64,000 nt of DNA from Bacteroidota bacterium (GTDB lineage Bacteria > Bacteroidota > Bacteroidia > 2-12-FULL-35-15). The position numbers were made by a program, and so were the translations under genes. Shown one piece after another: positions 1 to 9,574 of the stretch (the first letter of the stretch is position 1; every line of letters starts with the position of its first letter). The notes beneath the pieces are model-generated. The model was not told where the DNA came from, did no database searches, and saw only the letters and a program-made list of their open reading frames with translations. The DNA lies in contig PLYN01000045.1 in the NCBI GenBank assembly GCA_003151815.1, positions 126,511 to 190,510 on the forward strand, read 5' to 3'.

Positions 1-1579
1 ATTACAAGAAGTTGCCGCATGTGATTATGCTCAGCTCCTTGTAGCGAGTCCTGACAAAAGTATTACTATCATACATCTGGATAGTTCTGTAAACAGTAAA
101 GTCTCAGAATATGCGCCTATTCAGATGGATAGCCTGCTTTACTTTTCTTCGTTGCGCAACACCTCCGATCGTGATAAAAAGCACAATGTAAATTTTAATA
201 AAATATATACTGCTGTGCAGGATAGCGTTAAATGGCAAAAGGCAAAGGAGCTCGACACGCTGTTTAATAAAGAAGGGCTCCACAATGCCAACACAGCTTT
301 TAATGCCAACTTTACAAAATTATACATCACGAGATGCGAGCAGAAAAATGCTCTTGATTTTATTTGCGAAATTTATTTTTCCGAATTTAAAAAAGGCCAT
401 TGGAAATCATTGCAAAAATTACCATCCGAAATTAATGAAACAGGTTATACGAATACCCAGCCGGCAGTTGGTTTTCTTTCTGATGAAGAAGTATTATTTT
501 TCGCTTCCAATCGCCCCGGAGGTATTGGGAAAATGGATATCTGGTATAGTAAAATAAATCCCAACGGAAGCTATGGAAAGGCTGTAAATGCCGGAAAAAA
601 AGTAAATTCCATCGATGATGAAATAACACCTTTTTATTGTAAGTCCTGTCAGGAACTATTCTTCAGTTCCACATGGCATAAAGGATTAGGAGGTTTCGAT
701 ATTTTTAAAAGTGATTATAAAAATAATGAATTGGGAGAACCGAAAAATTTGGGAGTGCCAATCAACAGTAATTACAACGATATTTATTTTTCTATTAATT
801 CCACAAAAACAGAAGCGTTTTTTTCATCCAATCGGGCAGGATCCTTTTTTGAAGAAAAAGAAAGTTGTTGCAATGATATTTATATGTTTAAAATTCCACA
901 ACCTGTTGACACAACAAAACACACACCTCCTAAAAAGCCGGAACCGGTGGACAGTACACAAATTTTTGTAACTCAAATGAAACTTTTGGTACCTCTTACT
1001 TTATATTTTCACAATGATGAGCCCGACAAAAAAACATTGGCAATAACTACCAAAAAGAATTATAAAAAAACGTATGAAGATTATTCAGCGCTGCACGAAT
1101 TATACAAAAAAGAATATTCAAAAGGAGCGAAGGGAAAAGATATAGAGCGAGCCCAAAATGATATTGATGTTTTGTTTGAAGACTCTGTAGATGCAGGGAT
1201 GCATGAGCTCGATGAATTTGCAGCACTCTTGTTGAAAGTTTTAAAAGATAGTGAAAAAGTAAGCATAACAATGAAAGGTTATTGTAGTCCACTCGCATCT
1301 ACTAAATATAATGTGAATCTGGCCAAGCGAAGAATGTCGAGCCTTCGCAACTATTTTATGGAATACCAGAATGGTGTTTTTGGTCCTTATGTAAACAATC
1401 AAAATCCCAATGAGGGTAGCATTACTTTTATTTATGAAGATATTGGTGAATTAAAAGCTCGTCCTGAAGTGAGTGATAATTATTACGATACAAAAAACTC
1501 TATTTATAACCCTGTAGCCGCATTTGAACGTAAAATTCAAATCATTGCTATTTCTACATTTTCCTCCCAAAAGGAATAA
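1..1579 (+). CDS. OmpA-family peptidoglycan-associated protein with PD40/TolB-like beta-propeller repeats; 5' partial (frame is open from base 2 to the first ATG at 125)
   Basis: No in-frame stop between base 2 and 125, so the gene runs off the window edge. PD40-like repeat motifs (FFASNRPGGIGKMDIWYS; AFFSSNRAGSF) and a C-terminal OmpA_C-like block (KGYCSPLASTKYNVNLAKRRMSSLRNYF). Confidence 0.7.
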   Translation, partial: LQEVAACDYAQLLVASPDKSITIIHLDSSVNSKVSEYAPIQMDSLLYFSSLRNTSDRDKKHNVNFNKIYTAVQDSVKWQKAKELDTLFNKEGLHNANTAFNANFTKLYITRCEQKNALDFICEIYFSEFKKGHWKSLQKLPSEINETGYTNTQPAVGFLSDEEVLFFASNRPGGIGKMDIWYSKINPNGSYGKAVNAGKKVNSIDDEITPFYCKSCQELFFSSTWHKGLGGFDIFKSDYKNNELGEPKNLGVPINSNYNDIYFSINSTKTEAFFSSNRAGSFFEEKESCCNDIYMFKIPQPVDTTKHTPPKKPEPVDSTQIFVTQMKLLVPLTLYFHNDEPDKKTLAITTKKNYKKTYEDYSALHELYKKEYSKGAKGKDIERAQNDIDVLFEDSVDAGMHELDEFAALLLKVLKDSEKVSITMKGYCSPLASTKYNVNLAKRRMSSLRNYFMEYQNGVFGPYVNNQNPNEGSITFIYEDIGELKARPEVSDNYYDTKNSIYNPVAAFERKIQIIAISTFSSQKE

Positions 1580-1633
1580 TACCGAAAAAAGTTCCAGCAA
1601 ATAATGAGCTGAGTTTCGTAGCTTCACAAAAAA

Positions 1634-1719
1634 ATCAGCGAAACTCTGCGATTTTATCAGCGAAACTCTGCGAGAAATGTGAAAAATATCAGCGAAATTA
1701 ATCAGCGAAACTCTGCGAG
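1634..1719. repeat. Direct repeats of ATCAGCGAAACTCTGCGA (3 full copies plus 1 partial, starts at 1634, 1656, 1688, 1701) upstream of the 1753 gene
   Basis: Read directly: atcagcgaaactctgcga at 1634 and 1656, atcagcgaaatta at 1688, atcagcgaaactctgcgag at 1701. Confidence 0.6.
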
Positions 1720-1727
1720 AAAAACAT

Positions 1728-1735
1728 TAGTTTTG
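1728..1735 (+). promoter_or_regulatory. Candidate Bacteroidetes sigma-A -7 box TAGTTTTG (TAnnTTTG), 17 nt upstream of ATG 1753
   Basis: Motif matches the TAnnTTTG consensus at the expected distance from the start codon. Confidence 0.3.
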
Positions 1736-1752
1736 TAAGAATAAAATAATTT

Positions 1753-3390
1753 ATGCGCAAGTTTTTAAAAATTTATTTGTTGTTGTTTCCGGTTGCATTG
1801 TTTGCGCAGCCTGCTCAAAATATTCAACCTAACGGGTACAATACGTTTTATTATGAAAACGGGAAAATTTCCAGTGAAGGCACGCTGCGCAATGGAAAGC
1901 CTGATGGATATTGGAAAACGTATTCAATGACCGGAGTAATAAAATCAGAAGGTAACAGGAAGAACTTCCAGTTAGACAGCGTTTGGAGATTTTATAATGA
2001 GAGAGGACTGCTGGCTTTTGAATTCAGTTATAAGGATGGAAAAAAAAATGGATTTAAAAAAACCTTCGATACCGAAGGCGATTTTTTAATTACAGCAGAG
2101 AATTATGTAAATGATGTCAAACAAGGAAACTCCTATATTTATTTTAAACCAATTCGACCAAGTAGCAGGAATAATAGCAATATTGAGCATGATAGCATAA
2201 GCAAAAAATTGATGACTATGCATTTCAGTAATGTCGGTGAAGTAAGTAAAGTCATCCCTTTTGTAAACGGAAAAGAAGAAGGGCAAGGGTTTGAATATTC
2301 ACTCGATAGCACTATTATTTCTATCACTCAATACAAAATGGGCTTTGTTCAAAAAGAAGAAAAAATAAATCGGAGAGACGCAAATAATCACAAACATGGT
2401 ATTTGGAAAGAATTTTATCCTTCCGGGGTAATTAAAAAAGAGGTGAATTATTCGGATGATAAAATGGATGGATATTTAAAAGAATATTCGACAAAAGGAA
2501 GTCTGATAAGTGCTACCAAATATGTTAAAGGAGTATTACAAACCAATGTACCTGAACTGGCAAAGCTCGATTTAAAAACAGAATATTATCAAGGTGGATT
2601 TATCAAATCTACCGGCACCTATAAAAATGGAGTACCCGAAGGGGTTCACCGCCAATTTTCTCCGGATGGGAAAGTGTTAAGTGCGAAAGTTTATTCGGAA
2701 GGTTTTTTAACAGGTGAAGGAATTATAGATACCGCCGGAAGGCAACAAGGTCCATGGAAAGAATACTATTCTAACGGACAATTAAAATCAAAAGGAGAAT
2801 ATTTAAATAGTAAACGTATTGGTGAATGGGTGTTTTATTTTTCGAATGGAAAAATGGAGCAAAAGGGAAAATATGATAATAAAGGACGGGCACAAGGTGT
2901 TTGGAAATGGTATTATCCTTGTCCTGATACATGTAAAGGTGAAACAGGGCAATTGCTGAGGGAAGAAAATTATAGAAATAATTTACATGAAGGGTTGATG
3001 ATCGAATATACTGACAGTGGCAAAATAATTACAAAAGGAGAATATATTGATGGTCAAAAGGAAGGTCCATGGATGATGGAATTGGTTGATTATAGAGAAG
3101 AAGGATCCTACAAATCCGGTAAACGCGATGGGGAGTGGAAACATTATTATGTCGGAACCGGAAATATTCGTTTTGTTGGGAAATTTATTGATGATGTACC
3201 TGATGGAAAACAAATTTTTTATTACCCTAATGGGAAAGAAAAACAAGTAGGAAAATATGTAGGAGGTTTAAAAGAAGGCGAATGGAAATTTTTTGATGAA
3301 ACAGGATATTTATTTTTAACCATCTTATTTAAAAATGATATTGAGATACGTTTTGACGGAATAAAAGTGGTTCCTGAAACAACAGAATAA
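1753..3390 (+). CDS. Secreted MORN-variant (YwqK-like) repeat protein
   Basis: N-terminal signal peptide (MRKFLKIYLLLFPVALFAQ). Many G-x-W/Y-K-x-Y/F repeats (GKPDGYWKTY, KNGFKKTFDTEGD, KEGEWKFFDETG) typical of MORN-variant/YwqK repeats. Confidence 0.6.
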   Translation: MRKFLKIYLLLFPVALFAQPAQNIQPNGYNTFYYENGKISSEGTLRNGKPDGYWKTYSMTGVIKSEGNRKNFQLDSVWRFYNERGLLAFEFSYKDGKKNGFKKTFDTEGDFLITAENYVNDVKQGNSYIYFKPIRPSSRNNSNIEHDSISKKLMTMHFSNVGEVSKVIPFVNGKEEGQGFEYSLDSTIISITQYKMGFVQKEEKINRRDANNHKHGIWKEFYPSGVIKKEVNYSDDKMDGYLKEYSTKGSLISATKYVKGVLQTNVPELAKLDLKTEYYQGGFIKSTGTYKNGVPEGVHRQFSPDGKVLSAKVYSEGFLTGEGIIDTAGRQQGPWKEYYSNGQLKSKGEYLNSKRIGEWVFYFSNGKMEQKGKYDNKGRAQGVWKWYYPCPDTCKGETGQLLREENYRNNLHEGLMIEYTDSGKIITKGEYIDGQKEGPWMMELVDYREEGSYKSGKRDGEWKHYYVGTGNIRFVGKFIDDVPDGKQIFYYPNGKEKQVGKYVGGLKEGEWKFFDETGYLFLTILFKNDIEIRFDGIKVVPETTE

Positions 3391-3391
3391 A

Positions 3392-5722
3392 ATGCTTCCA
3401 TATCCTTTGGAGGAACGCTACAGTGAGGTAAAAAAATCAATAATGACACATTCTAAAAAAACAAAAATCGAACTTTATGCTGAAGTAAAAAAGCTTCAGC
3501 ATAAAATTGAATTGTTGGAGAATAGAAAAGATACTAAAATAAAAAAACAAGAACCAAGGATTTTAAAAAATGCTGATTTAATGTCATTTTTAAATCATTC
3601 GAAAAATTCTATTGTATTAATAGATATAAATGGAAATATTCTGGATGTAAACAAAGTGGGGAAAACATTTCAAAAAGAAAATATAATCGGATCCAATGTT
3701 TTTTTATTTATTACAGAGGAATCGAAAAAGATAGTCAAAGAAGCCATTGCCAGTGTTTTTAAAACTCAGAAACCTGAAATTTATGGAAGTTCCATAATGA
3801 CAAAAGAGGCTGGGTTAATTTATTTTTCAAGTGTAATTACACCTATAATTGAAAACAAACAAGTAATTGCAGCCCTAATTGAGGCAGAGGATATTACCGA
3901 AGAAATTAAAATTCATAATAAACTAAAAGATAGCGAAGCAAAGTTTAGAAAACTTGCACAAAATGCAACGGATATTATATTCAGATATTCAGTTTATCCG
4001 GAGCGTAAACTGGAATACATGAGTCCTTCATTTGAAAAAATTACGGGTTATTCATTGGAAGAATTTTATAAGGATCCTCATCTTGGATTTAAAATTATTC
4101 ACCCCGATGATTTGCATATAATTGAAACACTCCAAAAACAAAATCCCACGGAAACTGCTGCCGCCAATTATAAAAATAATTCACGCGTTTTACGCTGGAT
4201 CAGGAAAGATGGCCGTATTATTTGGACAGAGACAATCGATACCCCCATATTGGATAAGGAAGATAAATTAATTGCCGTTGAAGGTATATCTAGAGACATT
4301 ACCGAACGTAAATTGTATGAACAAAAATTAATTGAGAGTGAAAATAGATTTAAAGAATTAATTGAAGGAAGTACCGAATTAATACAAAGTGTGGGAATTG
4401 ATGGAAAGTTTTTATACGTCAATAAAATATGGAAGGAAACTCTTGGTTATACCGATGATGAAGTTGTTAAATTTGAATTATTCGACATTATGGATGAAGA
4501 ATTTTTGGATCAGTGTAAAGCGGAATTAGAAGAAGTGTTGAATGGAAAAACTCTAAAAAATATTCAAGTTGTATTTAAATCAAAAACAGGGCAAAAAATA
4601 TTTTTAGAAGGGAATGTAATTCCACGTTATTTGAATGGGAAAGTTATAGGTACTCAAGCCTTTTTTGAGAATATAGCGGATCGTATAAAAATGGAAGTTT
4701 TGGTTAAAGCTAAAGAACAAAACACATTGCTCGCAAGACATGCCGAACTTGTACCTGGTTTGATTTTCCAATATCAGATTTTTCCTGATGGAAGATTTAT
4801 GTTCCCGTTTGCCAGTAAAAAGATTTGGGATATTTTTGAAGTAACACCCGAAGAAGTGAAGAAAGATGCCTCATTGGCATTTAGCAGATTGCATTTAGAT
4901 GATAGTGAAAATGTAGTGCTTTCTATCAAACAGTCAATGAAAACATTAAAAGAATGGAGTTCTGAATTTAGAGTAAATCTTCCCGGTAGAGGAACTATAT
5001 GGATAAGTGGGCACGCTAAACCGGAGAAGTTATCAGATGGAAGTTTAATATGGCATGGATATATTTCTGACATTACTGAAGCAAAAATAGTCACCGAACA
5101 AATTAATCAATCCTTGCAGGAAAAAGAGATATTGCTGAAAGAGGTGCACCATCGTGTAAAAAACAATTTGCAGGTAATATCAAGCATATTAAATCTTCAG
5201 TCATCCTATGTGAAGGACGAGGCAACACTAAATGTTTTAAGAGAGAGCCAAAATCGAATTAAATCAATGGCTTTTATTCATGAAAGTCTTTATCAAGCGG
5301 ATAATTTTTCAAACATCAACTTTTCTGATTATGTAGTAAATTTATTGCAAAATTTAATGCAATCATATTCCAAATTAAATCAAACGGTAAAATTAAATGT
5401 TGATCTTCAAACTGTTTTTCTTAATTTAGACACAGCAATTCCATGCGGATTAATTATTAACGAAATTATTTCAAACGCATTAAAATATGCTTTTGCAGAT
5501 AACAAAGAAGGCGATGAGATAACAATAATGATGAAAATGGAAGGCAAAAATATAAAACTTGCAGTTGGAGATAATGGAGTTGGTTTACCACAAAATATAG
5601 ATTATAGAAATACTGAGTCGTTGGGATTACAATTAGTCGTAACTTTGGTGGGTCAATTAAATGGAAGCGTAGCATTAGATAATACAAACGGAACAAAATA
5701 TACTATTCAATTCGCAAAGTAA
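3392..5722 (+). CDS. Cytoplasmic multi-PAS sensor histidine kinase (HisKA_2/HWE-type dimerisation domain + HATPase_c)
   Basis: No TM segment; several PAS-like blocks; HisKA_2 signature EVHHRVKNNLQVISSILNLQ; G-box DNGVGLP near the C-terminus. The start may instead be the internal Met at about 3443. Confidence 0.8.
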   Translation: MLPYPLEERYSEVKKSIMTHSKKTKIELYAEVKKLQHKIELLENRKDTKIKKQEPRILKNADLMSFLNHSKNSIVLIDINGNILDVNKVGKTFQKENIIGSNVFLFITEESKKIVKEAIASVFKTQKPEIYGSSIMTKEAGLIYFSSVITPIIENKQVIAALIEAEDITEEIKIHNKLKDSEAKFRKLAQNATDIIFRYSVYPERKLEYMSPSFEKITGYSLEEFYKDPHLGFKIIHPDDLHIIETLQKQNPTETAAANYKNNSRVLRWIRKDGRIIWTETIDTPILDKEDKLIAVEGISRDITERKLYEQKLIESENRFKELIEGSTELIQSVGIDGKFLYVNKIWKETLGYTDDEVVKFELFDIMDEEFLDQCKAELEEVLNGKTLKNIQVVFKSKTGQKIFLEGNVIPRYLNGKVIGTQAFFENIADRIKMEVLVKAKEQNTLLARHAELVPGLIFQYQIFPDGRFMFPFASKKIWDIFEVTPEEVKKDASLAFSRLHLDDSENVVLSIKQSMKTLKEWSSEFRVNLPGRGTIWISGHAKPEKLSDGSLIWHGYISDITEAKIVTEQINQSLQEKEILLKEVHHRVKNNLQVISSILNLQSSYVKDEATLNVLRESQNRIKSMAFIHESLYQADNFSNINFSDYVVNLLQNLMQSYSKLNQTVKLNVDLQTVFLNLDTAIPCGLIINEIISNALKYAFADNKEGDEITIMMKMEGKNIKLAVGDNGVGLPQNIDYRNTESLGLQLVVTLVGQLNGSVALDNTNGTKYTIQFAK

Positions 5723-5726
5723 AAAA

Positions 5727-5795
5727 TAGTTGTTAGTTGTTAGTTATTAGAACACACTAACAACTAACAACTAACAACTAATCACTAACAACTAA
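5727..5795. repeat. Heptad-repeat palindrome (TAGTTGT/ACAACTA units, stem of about 19-24 bp) between the kinase and response-regulator genes
   Basis: tagttgttagttgttagttattag ... ctaacaactaacaactaacaacta read directly. Flanked by A-runs, not T-runs, on the + strand. Confidence 0.5.
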
Positions 5796-5802
5796 AAAAA
5801 AC

Positions 5803-6555
5803 ATGTCAAAAATAAGTGTACTGATAGTAGAAGACGAAAGCATTGTTGCGAAAGATATTCAACATAGTTTAAAAAAACTCGGATACAATGTTTTAGGAAT
5901 ATGTTCCTCCGGTGAAGATGCCATCAAATTAGTAGAAGAACTAGGTCCGGATATTGTATTAATGGATATTATGTTAAAAGGTACAATGAATGGTATTGAG
6001 GCTGCTGCACAAATACGTGAAACTAATAATATACCGGTTATTTTCCTTACTGCTTACGCTGACGAAAATACATTAAGCAAAGCAAAAGTGTCAGAACCCT
6101 TTGGTTATATTATCAAGCCCTTCAAGGAAATTGATTTACACACGTCAATTGAAATGGCCATTTATAAACATGAAAAAGAAAGCAATCTTAAAAAAGAACG
6201 TGACTTTTTGTATTCAATAGTTGAAAACAAAGAGTTTAAAGATATTCTTTTTGTGAAATCAAATTCTAAATTGGTTAAAGTAAAAACAAGCGACATATTT
6301 TATGTAGAGGCACTAAAGGATTATGTAGTGGTAAATACTGCAACTACCCGTTATACGATACATTCAACAATGAAAGACATCGAAAAGAAATTACCTGCAA
6401 GTGATTTTGTTCGTGTGCACCGATCATTTATTGTCCGCATCGATAAAATTGTAGCCATCGAACAACCGAACTTAATTTTGGAAGACGATAAAAAATTGAT
6501 TCCGCTGGGTGGTTCTTATAAAGATGCATTAACAAAAAGGCTGAACCTATTATAG
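5803..6555 (+). CDS. LytTR-family two-component response regulator (REC + LytTR DNA-binding domain)
   Basis: REC motifs (VLIVEDE, phospho-acceptor region IVLMDIML, KP motif) and a C-terminal LytTR domain (FVRVHRSFIVRIDKI). Confidence 0.85.
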   Translation: MSKISVLIVEDESIVAKDIQHSLKKLGYNVLGICSSGEDAIKLVEELGPDIVLMDIMLKGTMNGIEAAAQIRETNNIPVIFLTAYADENTLSKAKVSEPFGYIIKPFKEIDLHTSIEMAIYKHEKESNLKKERDFLYSIVENKEFKDILFVKSNSKLVKVKTSDIFYVEALKDYVVVNTATTRYTIHSTMKDIEKKLPASDFVRVHRSFIVRIDKIVAIEQPNLILEDDKKLIPLGGSYKDALTKRLNLL

Positions 6556-6611
6556 GGATTTACGATTGAAGATTAACGAATTAAAAAATTCGAACGAAGT
6601 AATTTCGTGTG

Positions 6612-7032
6612 TTGTCAGTTCGAGCGTAGTCGAGAATTTGCGGATGCCTCTGTAAAATTAACAAAATCAAACCTTGCCTTTATCAAAATACTTATATGTG
6701 TATATCTTAAAATGTTCGGATAAAACATATTATACGGGTGTTACCAATAATCCGGAAAGAAGAATCGAAGAACATAGTTCCGGTATAAATAAAACGTGTT
6801 ATACATTTTTGAGACGACCTATAGAAATGGTCTATTGTGAAAGATTTACGAATTATAATCTAGCCATTGAGTGGGAGAAACGAATAAAAAACTGGAATAG
6901 GAAAAAGAAAGAAGCTTTGATTAAAGAGAATTGGAATCAATTAAAAATAGAAGCGGAATGTAAGAATGAAACCTCGCATAAAAATTTTGTAAAAAATCCA
7001 ACACACGTTCTCGACTATGCTCGAACTGACAA
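6612..7032. mobile_element. GIY-YIG gene cassette bounded by a 25-bp inverted repeat (TTGTCAGTTCGAGCGTAGTCGAGAA, 1 mismatch); putative selfish or mobile mini-element
   Basis: Left arm 6612-6636, right arm 7008-7032 (reverse complement ttgtcagttcgagcatagtcgagaa). The right arm lies inside the 3' end of the annotated ORF. Confidence 0.3.
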
Positions 7033-7045
7033 TGCACAAATCTAA
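6674..7045 (+). CDS. GIY-YIG nuclease family protein
   Basis: YVYILKCSDKTYYTGVTNNPERRIEEH is a GIY-YIG core motif. The core is about 85 aa, followed by a C-terminal tail that is encoded partly by the inverted repeat. Confidence 0.75.
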   Translation: MPLSKYLYVYILKCSDKTYYTGVTNNPERRIEEHSSGINKTCYTFLRRPIEMVYCERFTNYNLAIEWEKRIKNWNRKKKEALIKENWNQLKIEAECKNETSHKNFVKNPTHVLDYARTDNAQI

Positions 7046-7084
7046 CGAACTGATTAGATTATCAATCGTATCTCGTCAATCCTT

Positions 7085-9448
7085 TCATATCTCAAATCCC
7101 CAATCATCATCGAAATTTTTACCGGGAGATAGTGGTTTTTTAGGCGTTTCTTTTTCTTTAGCAGGATCTGTTTTTTTATTCTCTGCATTTTTTGCAGTTG
7201 CAGATTTCATTGCTTCCTTAAAATTTTTTTTCTGCTCGGGGCGTTCTTTGTTTGTTGATTTGTCGGATGCATTTTTGTTTGTTTCGGTCACTTCAACCAA
7301 TGCGAAATCAAGTTGTTTTTTAACCAGATCGGCACGTTTTATTTCAATTCTAACAGTGTCGCCAAGCGATAATACCTTGCCGGATCTGCGACCGCGCAGA
7401 CAATAATTGTCTTCATCAAAAATATAATTATCATCACGTAATTCACGTATACGAACCATTCCTTCGCAATGGTTTTCAATAATCTCTACAAATATTCCCC
7501 ATTCGGTAACACCCGATATGATACCGTCAAATTCCTGTCCGATTTTATCTGTTAAAAATTGTACTTGTTTATATTTAATGGAAGCACGTTCCGCATCGGA
7601 AGCTAATTTTTCCATGTCGGAAGAATGCTTGCACTGCTCTTCTAATTTATCAATATCAGGGCTTTGTCCGCCATCCAGATAATGTTGTAATAAACGGTGT
7701 ACCATCACATCCGGATACCTCCGGATAGGGGAAGTGAAGTGTGTGTAATATTCGAAACCCAGACCATAATGCCCAATATTTTTGGTAGTATATATTGCTT
7801 TCGCCATTGTACGAATAGCAAGCATCTCGATCATTCCGGCTTCTTTTTTCTCACTTACTTCCTTCAATAAATTATTCATTGAATCGGCAACAGCCTTCTC
7901 ATTTTTTATATTTAATTTATAACCAAACTTTCCAACAAACTCAGCAAAACTAGCCAGTTTATCAGGATTGGGTTTATCATGGATACGGTAAACAAATGCT
8001 CGTTTTCCGTCTTTTAATTTTTGATTACTCTCTTTCGACTTTTTTTCCTTGCCAATAAATTCAGCTACTTTACGGTTAGCCAATAACATGAAATCTTCTA
8101 TCAGTTGGTTGGAGTCTTTGGCTGTTTTAAAAAACACACCAGTTGGATTGCCGGCTTCATCCAAATGAAATTTCACTTCTGCCTTTTCAAATGCAATACT
8201 ACCGGTTCTAAATCGATTGGCTCGTAATATTTTTGCTAAACGATTTAAGGTTAAAATTTCATTATCATAGTCGCCTTCTTCAGTTTCAATAACTTGTTGA
8301 GCTTCTTCATAAGTAAATCGTTTGTTGGAATTAATGATGGTTCTTCCGAACCATTCATTCACCACTTCGGCTTCATCAGTGATTTCAAAAACCGCAGAAA
8401 AACATAATTTTTCTTCATTAGGGCGGAGGGAACATACATTGTTTGAAAGCACTTCCGGCAACATGGGTACAACTCTGTCAACTAAATATACGGACGTTGC
8501 GCGTGAAATAGCTTCCTGGTCAATCATTGACCCCGATTTTATATAATGGCTAACATCGGCAATGTGTATACCAATTTCCCAGTTTCCGTTTTTTAATTTT
8601 TGTATGGACAGGGCATCATCAAAATCTTTTGCATCAACAGGGTCGATCGTGAAAGTTGTGATTTTACGGAAGTCGCGCCTCTTCGCAATTTCTTCTTTAG
8701 TAATAGTGATGGGAATCAGATCGGCAGCACGTTCTACATCTTTAGGGAATTCATAAGGCAAGCCAAATTCAGCAAGTATGGCATGCATTTCCGTATTGTT
8801 TTCGCCCACATCGCCCAGCACTTCAATGATCTCACCAATGGGGTTCACACCATTTTTAGGCCACTCTATAATTTTTGCAATGGCTTTTTGTCCGTTTTTG
8901 GCTCCATTCAATTTATCAAGAGGAATATATATGTCAACATGAACTTTGTTGTTGCTGGGAACTAAAAATGCAAATCGTGCCGATAGCTGAATAACACCCA
9001 CAAATTTAATTTTTGCCCTTTCAATAACCTCTATTATTTCACCTTCCTTTTTATCTTTTTGTGTCGGGAACAAACGAACTTTTACCAAATCGCCATGCAT
9101 GGCATTAAGCGTATTTTTTGGTGTAACCACAACATCATTCTCGGTTTCTTCCGAAACGATATAAGCTGTTCCGGCACTCGTCATATCCACTTTTCCGATG
9201 ATGATTTTTTCTTCCAGTTTCATTTTGAATTTTCCACGCTCCGGTTCTGAAACCGAACCTTTTGATTTCAATTCCGACAAAATATCATTTATTAACAATC
9301 GTTGGGATTGATCGGTTACCTGCAGTTCAGCGGCAATTTGCTTATAGTTGAGTGCTCTTTGTGAATTTTTGGATAATACCCTTAAAATTTCTTCGAAAAA
9401 GAAAGCTTTACCCTTTCCTTGTCCTTTTTTTCTGGTGTTTTTTGTCAT
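7085..9448 (-). CDS. rnr: Ribonuclease R (RNB catalytic domain + S1 domain, Lys-rich C-terminal tail)
   Basis: RNB motifs (FTIDPVDAKDFDDALS; HYGLGFEYYTHFTSPIRRYPD), a C-terminal S1-like region and a K-rich tail. Confidence 0.9.
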   Translation of the reverse strand: MTKNTRKKGQGKGKAFFFEEILRVLSKNSQRALNYKQIAAELQVTDQSQRLLINDILSELKSKGSVSEPERGKFKMKLEEKIIIGKVDMTSAGTAYIVSEETENDVVVTPKNTLNAMHGDLVKVRLFPTQKDKKEGEIIEVIERAKIKFVGVIQLSARFAFLVPSNNKVHVDIYIPLDKLNGAKNGQKAIAKIIEWPKNGVNPIGEIIEVLGDVGENNTEMHAILAEFGLPYEFPKDVERAADLIPITITKEEIAKRRDFRKITTFTIDPVDAKDFDDALSIQKLKNGNWEIGIHIADVSHYIKSGSMIDQEAISRATSVYLVDRVVPMLPEVLSNNVCSLRPNEEKLCFSAVFEITDEAEVVNEWFGRTIINSNKRFTYEEAQQVIETEEGDYDNEILTLNRLAKILRANRFRTGSIAFEKAEVKFHLDEAGNPTGVFFKTAKDSNQLIEDFMLLANRKVAEFIGKEKKSKESNQKLKDGKRAFVYRIHDKPNPDKLASFAEFVGKFGYKLNIKNEKAVADSMNNLLKEVSEKKEAGMIEMLAIRTMAKAIYTTKNIGHYGLGFEYYTHFTSPIRRYPDVMVHRLLQHYLDGGQSPDIDKLEEQCKHSSDMEKLASDAERASIKYKQVQFLTDKIGQEFDGIISGVTEWGIFVEIIENHCEGMVRIRELRDDNYIFDEDNYCLRGRRSGKVLSLGDTVRIEIKRADLVKKQLDFALVEVTETNKNASDKSTNKERPEQKKNFKEAMKSATAKNAENKKTDPAKEKETPKKPLSPGKNFDDDWGFEI

Positions 9449-9574
9449 ATACCAAAGGTACTGATTTATAAGAAATTTTTAAGGTTATTTAATAAAAAAT
9501 AAAAAAAGCTTTTGGGATGCAACTAATTAGTGCAACTTTGCATCTTAATAAAAATCAATACGACGAAGTAACCA

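Noticed and set aside
1634-1719. Possible CRISPR-like array (repeated 18-mer)
   Set aside because: Repeats are too short and too few with irregular spacing, and no cas genes are present; I interpret it as a regulatory direct-repeat array. I recognised no CRISPR array anywhere in the window.
3392-3442. Histidine kinase start at ATG 3392, overlapping the stop of the upstream gene, versus the internal Met at 3443
   Set aside because: I cannot decide between them from sequence alone; I kept the longer ORF but flagged the alternative.
9425-9448. TACCTTTG (TAnnTTTG match) on the minus strand directly abutting the rnr ATG
   Set aside because: The motif ends only 4 nt before the start codon, which is too close to act as the -7 box for this start; probably a chance match.
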